Shown in pieces: positions 57,344 to 64,000 of a stretch of DNA of 64,000 nucleotides; the stretch's first letter is position 1, and every line of letters begins with the position of its first letter. Under the pieces are notes generated by a model. It saw nothing but the letters and a program-made list of their open reading frames with translations. It had not been told where the DNA came from and did not search any database. Made by a program: the position numbers and the translations under genes. The stretch covers positions 1-64,000 of the forward strand of contig JBBRPR010000033.1 in assembly GCA_038227875.1 (NCBI GenBank), written 5' to 3'. The stretch comes from Planctomycetota bacterium. GTDB lineage: Bacteria > Planctomycetota > SZUA-567 > H5-PLA8.

Positions 57344-60052
57344 ATGAGTTCACCCCAGAGTTACTTCTCCTCCCGCCGCGTCATGGCGGACATTAAGGCA
57401 ATCGTCGGACACACGCGGTGGATGACCTCTCCGGAAATCAGCCGGGCGGCACATTACATCAAAGATCAACTAAATGCCGTGGAAGGGCTGACCGGCGTTG
57501 AGCTGATCGAATTTCTCTCCGATGGCCGCACGTCGTTTGGCGGCTGGGTAATGCCGAAGTGCTGGGACGTCCGCGCGGCAACGTTGACCGTGCCCGCCGC
57601 GAAGGGCCGCAAGGAACTGCTGCTGGCCGATTACCATGCAAATCCGTTTTCATTGATGATGTGGAGCCCGGCGACGCCGCCGGAAGGTCTCGAAGCGCCG
57701 GTCGCGATCGTTGAAGAGCCATTCAAGAACGGCCGCACATTGAAGGGTAAATTTGCGCTGATGACCTTGCCGCAGCTGGGTGTGCCGCTGCTGCAATGGG
57801 CCGCGGAGCACGGCGCCGTCGGTGTGATCAGCGACACGGTGATCGAGCGCAAAGGCATCAAGGAGGGCAAGTACCTCGAAGACGCCATTCAGTATTGGAA
57901 CTACACCAACCCGCAATGGGACGGCCCGCAGCGGCTGCCCGCGTTTGGATTGACGCCAAAATTGGGCCGAAAGCTGCGCAGTCTGCTGGCCGCCAATCCC
58001 AAGTTAACCGTGCAGGCCCGCGTCGACGCTCAACTTTACGACGGCACGCTTCCGCTGGTCACGGCGCGACTCCCTGGACGCGGGCCCGGCGAATTCGTGC
58101 TCACGGCGCACATGGACGAACCCGGCGCATCGGACAATACCTCCGGAACCGCGATGGCGATGGAGACGATGCGCTGCCTGGCCGAGCATGCGCAGAAGTC
58201 CGGCGAACTTCCCGCCGTCGGCGTGCGCTTTTTCGCCTCGGTGGAATCGCGTGGACTGCAGGCGTATCTGAACACGCGGCCCGTTCCACGGCACGGTTAC
58301 AGCGGCGGATTGAATCTCGACATGATCGGCTACGATCAGACCGACGGGCGGCGCGGCATGGATCTGATCTCCGCGCAGCCGTCCGCACCATCGGCACTGG
58401 CCGAATATCTTCGCGAACGCAGCGCGCTGGAGACTGGCCGCGCACCGGCGTTCACTTTTAAAGAGTCGCGCGCCGTGGTGATCAACGATTGCCAGTTTGC
58501 CGGTGCGCCGTTCCATGCGCCGATGGTGCTGGTGGAGCAGGCGCCCGACAAGACCTATCACAGTTCGCTCGACACGATTGAGAACCTTTCGCCGGCGCAT
58601 CTCAAGCGCATGGGTGGCCTGGTGCTCGATACCGTGACGTTTGCGACGTCGGCAAACTTCAAGGATATCGCTGCATTCGGTGAACGCTTGTATGCGCAGT
58701 ACGCCACCGCGCTCGCCCAGCCCGATGCCCCGGCGCAGCGAATTCTGCGCGACGCGAAAACCGTGTACGCCCAGCTGATCGACACGTTCCCGCAGGATCA
58801 GCCGGTCGGGGAACAGGAGCTCGAACACTTAAGGCAGAACAATCAACTGATAAAGGGATACCTTTTCGAAAAGTACGCCTTCGAAGAAAAAGCGATTGCG
58901 TGGCTGGCGGAACTCAAGCGCCTCGCCGCGAACTCGCACGCCAAGCCGGAAATCTCGCCGCTCGAAAATCTTGCGCCGAATCTGGTGAAGCTCGCGCGCG
59001 CTCAGGTTCCAGTGAAGTTGTTTGCGGGATATCTTGCGTTTGAAGATTGTACGAAGGCGGAACTCGCCAGGCTAAAAGAAGTGTGCGGCATCGAGCGGGG
59101 CTGGGGGGCGCCGGCCTGGCTGCAGTTCGCGCTGGATCTGTCGACGGGCAAACGCTCACTGCTGGATATCTACGCCGTCGTCGCGGCGGAGCTTCCGGTC
59201 GACCTGCAGCAACTGATCAACGCGATGGAATTCCTGCGCGGTCGCGGGCTCGTGAAGATCTGCACGGCACTGACGAAAGCGGATGTCGCGGCCGCGGTGC
59301 GCAGCGTGGGCATCCGGGCCGGCGACATTGTGATGGCGCACACGGCGCTCTCCGACTTCGGCTATCTGGAAGGCGGCGCCAACGCGCTGATCGATTGTCT
59401 ACTCGAGATTGTCGGACCCAAGGGCACCGTTTGCGTGCCGACACATTCGCTGAACTGGGTCGGCAAAGCGCCCTATGATCCGAAGACGTCTCCGTCGTTC
59501 ACGGGTGCGGTGCCGACGGCATTTCTGAAGCGTCCGGACGCGCAGCGCAGTCTCCATCCCACGCATTCGGTGGCCGCGATCGGACCGCGTGCGAAGGAAC
59601 TGATCGCCGGTCACGATCACACCGTCGAGCCGCAGGCCCGCGAAGGTTTTTGGGGCAAATTTGTGGAAGCGCGCGGCAAGGTGTTGATGCTCTGCCGCCT
59701 CCAATCCAACACGCTGCTGCACAGCGGCGAGTTATGGGGAGGCATTCCCATGCCGTCTTGCGTGGCCCATTACTCCCGCGACGGCGAGCGCAAGGAACTG
59801 GTAATCTCCGGGATGCCGTGGCACGTTCACGCCTTCGATCTGGTCCATGCCGAACTGAACGCGCGCGGCCATCTGTATACGGCGCCGCTGGGGCAGTCGA
59901 AGATCTACGCCATGGATGCGAAGGAAGCCGTCGAGACGATGCAGGGCTTTATCGAGCGGGATCCATTCGTGGCACTGCGCGAACGCTGCGATTGTTTTTA
60001 CTGCGCGTACGCTCGCCCGCGGCTGATGGCAAAACAGGTGGTGAGCCGCTAA
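57344..60052 (+). CDS. M28/DUF4910-like peptidase-fold + winged HTH + AAC(3)-family N-acetyltransferase fusion
   Basis: 'AHMDEPGASDNTSG', 'NLDMIG', 'YHSSLD'; 'LDLSTGKRSLLDI'; C-terminal 'GDIVMAHTALSDFG', 'RSLHPTHSVAAIG', 'NTLLHSGE'. Confidence 0.85.
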   Translation: MSSPQSYFSSRRVMADIKAIVGHTRWMTSPEISRAAHYIKDQLNAVEGLTGVELIEFLSDGRTSFGGWVMPKCWDVRAATLTVPAAKGRKELLLADYHANPFSLMMWSPATPPEGLEAPVAIVEEPFKNGRTLKGKFALMTLPQLGVPLLQWAAEHGAVGVISDTVIERKGIKEGKYLEDAIQYWNYTNPQWDGPQRLPAFGLTPKLGRKLRSLLAANPKLTVQARVDAQLYDGTLPLVTARLPGRGPGEFVLTAHMDEPGASDNTSGTAMAMETMRCLAEHAQKSGELPAVGVRFFASVESRGLQAYLNTRPVPRHGYSGGLNLDMIGYDQTDGRRGMDLISAQPSAPSALAEYLRERSALETGRAPAFTFKESRAVVINDCQFAGAPFHAPMVLVEQAPDKTYHSSLDTIENLSPAHLKRMGGLVLDTVTFATSANFKDIAAFGERLYAQYATALAQPDAPAQRILRDAKTVYAQLIDTFPQDQPVGEQELEHLRQNNQLIKGYLFEKYAFEEKAIAWLAELKRLAANSHAKPEISPLENLAPNLVKLARAQVPVKLFAGYLAFEDCTKAELARLKEVCGIERGWGAPAWLQFALDLSTGKRSLLDIYAVVAAELPVDLQQLINAMEFLRGRGLVKICTALTKADVAAAVRSVGIRAGDIVMAHTALSDFGYLEGGANALIDCLLEIVGPKGTVCVPTHSLNWVGKAPYDPKTSPSFTGAVPTAFLKRPDAQRSLHPTHSVAAIGPRAKELIAGHDHTVEPQAREGFWGKFVEARGKVLMLCRLQSNTLLHSGELWGGIPMPSCVAHYSRDGERKELVISGMPWHVHAFDLVHAELNARGHLYTAPLGQSKIYAMDAKEAVETMQGFIERDPFVALRERCDCFYCAYARPRLMAKQVVSR

Positions 60053-61326
60053 CGCTTTTCGAGCGGCCGGTAGTCGATCGACAGGATTCGCACCACGCCA
60101 TCGCGATAGTTAAACTGAATCCGCCCGCGACGGGGAGATCCGCTGTTTTCGATCTCCAGCGCGGATCCGTCCAGCTTGGCGGAGTATTTGTCGCCGGAGC
60201 AGACGAACACAATCTCGTGCTCCTTGCCTGCCAGTGGATCAAGCCTGGGCCGGTAGAGATGCACGCCGACAATGCCGTCGCCGCCCTGGTGGGGCGCGAA
60301 GAAGAAGGTACTGGCGCCCTTCGTCGGAATGAAGCGGATTCGGAATTCGCCGTCACCATAATCCACGGCGGATTGACCCGCGTCAGCGACGCCCGGCTTG
60401 AGTTCCAGGCCGCCTTCGTTGACCATCCAATGCTCGCGACAGGCCGCATTCACACCGTCCATGTGATTGGGGCCGATCACTGTTTTCCAATCGCCGGTAC
60501 CGCCCGCCAATTCCACGTTGGTATTGGGCGTGCCGCCGGGTCCAGCTGCCGGTGCAGCAGCAGGCGCAGGGGCAGGGCGATCGGGAACTTTCAGATTTGC
60601 CAGCAGGGCTTGCGCTTCCTTGCCCGCGGGTGTGGAGCGGAACGTACTGGCGACGGCTTCGAGTTTTTCCTTGTACGTCCACGGATCCGGCGGCGTGGCA
60701 TTGGCGAACTGTTTGGCATCGCGCAATTTCGCGGCGGCCAGATCGTTGCGAATGTCTTCCATCTCGTTGGAGTTTTCACGCGTGTTGGGAATCTGAACCG
60801 CGGCGACGGGCTTGGGCGGCTCTTCAGGAAGCGGCGCCGGCTTTGGCGCGGGAATCATGGCGAGCTTGTCCTGCGGTTTCTCGAGAGTGTCGGGCAGAGT
60901 CTTTTTCGCTGCGTCGGGTGGCTTCGCAGATGGACCGGAAAATACCAGGATGGCGATGGCGATCAGCGTCACCACGACAGATCCGCCGATCATCACCATC
61001 GGCATGTTGGAAGTCTTGGAGCGGGAATCGCCGCGGCCTTCGCGGGCGTCGGCGCGCATCGTCGCTTCCATGCCGGCGCTGGTTTTACGCGCGGGCATCT
61101 GCTTGGTGATGCGCTGCGGACGGGCGAGCGTGGGCGAAGAGGATGTCGCCGGTCGCGTGCCGGATGCCGGGACAGCCGGCACCGGAGCAGAGGGCGGCGG
61201 AGGGGCCGCTGCAAATTGGCAGTCGGCGCAGAGGTACTGATTTTCGTCGACGAGTTTTGCCTTACCGGATTTGACCTCGGCTTCGTTGATGCGCTTACCG
61301 CACTCTTTACAAAATACGATCAGCAT
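60049..61326 (-). CDS. bitopic membrane protein: N-terminal Zn-finger (CxxC..CxxC), Pro-rich linkers, one TM, extracytoplasmic domain
   Basis: 'FCKECGKRI...YLCADC'; TM 'VMIGGSVVVTLIAIAILVF'. Confidence 0.8.
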   Translation of the reverse strand: MLIVFCKECGKRINEAEVKSGKAKLVDENQYLCADCQFAAAPPPPSAPVPAVPASGTRPATSSSPTLARPQRITKQMPARKTSAGMEATMRADAREGRGDSRSKTSNMPMVMIGGSVVVTLIAIAILVFSGPSAKPPDAAKKTLPDTLEKPQDKLAMIPAPKPAPLPEEPPKPVAAVQIPNTRENSNEMEDIRNDLAAAKLRDAKQFANATPPDPWTYKEKLEAVASTFRSTPAGKEAQALLANLKVPDRPAPAPAAAPAAGPGGTPNTNVELAGGTGDWKTVIGPNHMDGVNAACREHWMVNEGGLELKPGVADAGQSAVDYGDGEFRIRFIPTKGASTFFFAPHQGGDGIVGVHLYRPRLDPLAGKEHEIVFVCSGDKYSAKLDGSALEIENSGSPRRGRIQFNYRDGVVRILSIDYRPLEKR

Positions 61327-61654
61327 AGATCCGCCTTGCACGTGGGCGTCAGCGCGCGCCACTCAATCTGAAAACGTACCTAATACTACACTGTTTACGA
61401 GTGAACCGTAGGCAAAAAAGCATCCTAATCTACAAGACGCACGTTGTGTTGATTCGTCGCCATGATTTTCAAAGATTTGGCCGACTCAGGCCACGTGGTC
61501 TGAGTCCTCGCCTGTTTTGGGCGGGGACGAATTCGTCCCCAGCTCAATAAGGATGTTCGGTAAAATATCGGTGCTGATTTTACGAAAATATTGGTAACTC
61601 CGACGCTGCACGATAGTTTCAGTAAGGGACTGCCCGGCCCGAGGACCTATTGCT

Positions 61655-63589
61655 ATGACCACGATGGCACTGACCAGCAATAACGAATTCGTCTCCGGAC
61701 GCGAACGGCTCCGCCGTTATGTCGACCGCGCGTTGATCCGATTGCGCGCTCAGGAAGCGCTGCGCAGCTTGACCGTTGTCGTTAATCTATCGGCTTGTCT
61801 GCTCGCAGTGGCCATCTTCGCCGACCGTCTCTTCTCGCTGGACCGGCTGGGCATCAACGTCTGGATCATCTGGTCGGCGCTGACAGCGCTGGGCATTCCA
61901 TACATTATCTGGCGCACATACTCCCCCCGCATTCATGCCAATCTCGCCGCGGTGCTGGCCGACGATCGCCTCCGCCTGCATGCACGTTTGAGCAGCGCGC
62001 TCACTCTCGATTTCAGCGATCCGGCCAATCAAGCCTTCGGCGAAGCGTTTTTCGAAGAAGCGCTGAGCAAGCTCAACGCTCTGAAAGTCGAGCAGGCGTT
62101 TCCGGTGAGTCTGCCGAAGTCGATGGGTTTCTCATTCGTTCCGCTGGGAATATCGGCGCTGCTGTATTTCTTCATGCCGCCGCAGGATGTCCTGGGCATC
62201 GTCGCGGGCGTGCAGAAAAAACGTATGGCCGAACTGGTTCAGAAGAAGGCCGCCGCCGGACTGGAAAGCAAGCTTGAAGACATGAAGAACAAGAAGCCCG
62301 ATCTGCCGGTGGACGAGCATTCGGGGCAGTTCAAAGTCAGCCAATTGATGCAGAAAGCCGATTCGATCGCCAAAGAAATGAAGAATGGTGAACGGACCAG
62401 CGACGAAGCGCTCGCCGCCCTTTCGCAATTGAAGCGCGACGTGGAAGCGGAGAAGGAGAAACTGGGCCAGGGCAAGGATTTCCTCGACCGCCTGGAGAAG
62501 CTGCAGGCCAAGGATCTCAATCTGGAAGAGAGCGCGATCACCAAGGAAATCTCCGAAGCGCTGAAGCAGGCCGATCCCGCGGAAGCCGCGCGGCAGATGC
62601 GCAAGCTCGCGCAGAAAGTCAAGGACGACATTCTCGACGATCCGAACAAGAGCGACGAACAGAAGAAGCAGGAGCTCGACAAACTGCAGCGCGAAGTTGA
62701 GAAGCTGTCCGAGGCGCTCAATTCCGACGAGCAGCTGAGCAAGGATCTGAAGGACATTTCCAATACGATGTCGAAATCCGACTATCAGAAATTCCAGGAC
62801 GAGATCAACAAGTTCAAATCAAAGGACCAGAAGAACAACGCCAAAAAGAAGCTCGGCGACGACCTTGAGAAGCAGATCAACGACGCCGCTGATGAACTGG
62901 AGCGCCTCGACGAAGACAACGACCAGAAGCTGGACGAGGAAGACAGCAAGGAAATGGAGCAGCTCGAAAACGTCGAAGAAGCCACTGACGACGCGATGGA
63001 GCAGCTGAACGGCGACGACTCCTCCGAAGGCAAGGAAGCCCAGCAGGGCCAGCAAGGTCAGCAGGGTCAGCAGGGCAAGACCGGCAAGATGAAGTCCAAG
63101 CAGGGCAAGGCCGGTAACTCGGGCAAGAACGGCAAGGCGATGCGGGCCAAGGGACAGCAGCAAGGCCAACAGGGCCAGCAAGGTCAACAGGGGCAGCAAG
63201 GCCAGCAGGGGCAGGGACAACAGGGCCAGGGTGAAGGCAAACAAGGCAACAAACCGGGCAATGGTCTGGGCAGCGGGCAGGGCATGGGTCACCGTCCGTA
63301 TCACGACGGCGATGCCGAGTTCCAGTCGCAGAAAGCCAAGGGTCAGCTCCAGGCCGGCGCAATCACGGGGCTGTCACACTTCCGCGGACAGGGCGCGAAG
63401 GGCGATGCGCCGCAGGAGTTCATCAGCGCGATGACGGCCGCCGATCAGGAGCGCGCCAGCTCGCTGGAACTCGAACGCATCCCCGTCGACGCGCGTGATA
63501 CGGTTAAGGATTACTTCCGGGGTGTGAAGGAAGCAGCCGGCCTGCCGAACGCGCCGGAACCGGCGCCTGCACCCGCGAAGGACAAGTAG
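61655..63589 (+). CDS. membrane-anchored coiled-coil protein with QQG low-complexity tail
   Basis: Three N-terminal TM segments, 'RLSSAL', long K/E/Q coiled coil, C-terminal 'IP.D.RD.VKDYF'. Confidence 0.85.
   Translation: MTTMALTSNNEFVSGRERLRRYVDRALIRLRAQEALRSLTVVVNLSACLLAVAIFADRLFSLDRLGINVWIIWSALTALGIPYIIWRTYSPRIHANLAAVLADDRLRLHARLSSALTLDFSDPANQAFGEAFFEEALSKLNALKVEQAFPVSLPKSMGFSFVPLGISALLYFFMPPQDVLGIVAGVQKKRMAELVQKKAAAGLESKLEDMKNKKPDLPVDEHSGQFKVSQLMQKADSIAKEMKNGERTSDEALAALSQLKRDVEAEKEKLGQGKDFLDRLEKLQAKDLNLEESAITKEISEALKQADPAEAARQMRKLAQKVKDDILDDPNKSDEQKKQELDKLQREVEKLSEALNSDEQLSKDLKDISNTMSKSDYQKFQDEINKFKSKDQKNNAKKKLGDDLEKQINDAADELERLDEDNDQKLDEEDSKEMEQLENVEEATDDAMEQLNGDDSSEGKEAQQGQQGQQGQQGKTGKMKSKQGKAGNSGKNGKAMRAKGQQQGQQGQQGQQGQQGQQGQGQQGQGEGKQGNKPGNGLGSGQGMGHRPYHDGDAEFQSQKAKGQLQAGAITGLSHFRGQGAKGDAPQEFISAMTAADQERASSLELERIPVDARDTVKDYFRGVKEAAGLPNAPEPAPAPAKDK
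63041..63230 (+). repeat. coding (QQG)n tandem repeats
   Basis: CAGCAGGGC/CAACAGGGT-type 9-mers in two blocks with synonymous variation. Confidence 0.85.
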
Positions 63590-63590
63590 T

Positions 63591-64000
63591 TCAGTCACCG
63601 TCCAGCACGGCGCGAATCGCGCGTGCAAAGGCGGAAGGGCTGTACGGCTTTTGAATAAAGTTGACGCCTTCTTTCAGCACGCCGTGATGAACGATGGCGT
63701 TCTCGGTGTACCCTGAGGCAAACAGCACTTTGACTTCGGGGTATTTGGCCTTGATCTGCGTGGCCAGTTCCCGGCCACCCATCTTGGGCATCACCACATC
63801 CGTCACGAGCAGCTGAATCGGACGCCCGATTTCGGCCGCGACTCGCAAGGCGTCCACGCCATCGGTGGCCAGCAGTACGTCGTAGCCGCGGTCCGTGAGC
63901 ACAGCCATCGCGCATTCGCGGATGAGCAGATCGTCCTCAACAACAAGAATGGTTTCTGTTCCGCCGTATGCGGCAGTGGAGTGGCTTGCGGGTCCGTCTT
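63591..64000 (-). CDS. C-terminal receiver domain of a hybrid sensor kinase (partial)
   Basis: 'GGTETILVVEDD', 'LLVTDVVMPKMGG', 'FASGY', 'FIQKPY'; frame open to the right edge. Confidence 0.9.
   Translation of the reverse strand, partial: DGPASHSTAAYGGTETILVVEDDLLIRECAMAVLTDRGYDVLLATDGVDALRVAAEIGRPIQLLVTDVVMPKMGGRELATQIKAKYPEVKVLFASGYTENAIVHHGVLKEGVNFIQKPYSPSAFARAIRAVLDGD

Overview
High-GC bacterial chromosomal DNA, very likely Planctomycetota/PVC. The lineage call is an inference from the DUF1552/DUF1592 pair, three secreted PQQ-like beta-propeller proteins, a DUF5107-TPR protein and three GntR-LacI hybrid regulators. There are about 41 real CDSs: housekeeping genes (zwf, pdxJ, hpt, ppk2-type, a Ctp protease, MoxR) mixed with many secreted or carbohydrate-related proteins and regulators. 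I saw no rRNA, tRNA, CRISPR array, integrase or transposase. The intergenic DNA carries at least three REP/MITE-like families plus heptamer tandem repeats. Highlights: (1) a 1.7-kb transposase-free unit bounded by 41-bp inverted repeats (39/41 identical) around a phage-type ParB-like gene, with an 'empty' ~190-bp relative elsewhere in the window; (2) a glucose-6-phosphate dehydrogenase fused to a cyclic-nucleotide-binding domain, preceded by a densely base-paired ~210-nt region with alternative pairings; (3) an M28/DUF4910-like + winged-HTH + AAC(3) acetyltransferase fusion; (4) a secreted TPR-like protein with a flavinylation motif; (5) a YyaL-type gene broken by a single in-frame amber codon. 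All family calls are by-eye motif recognition, not database searches.
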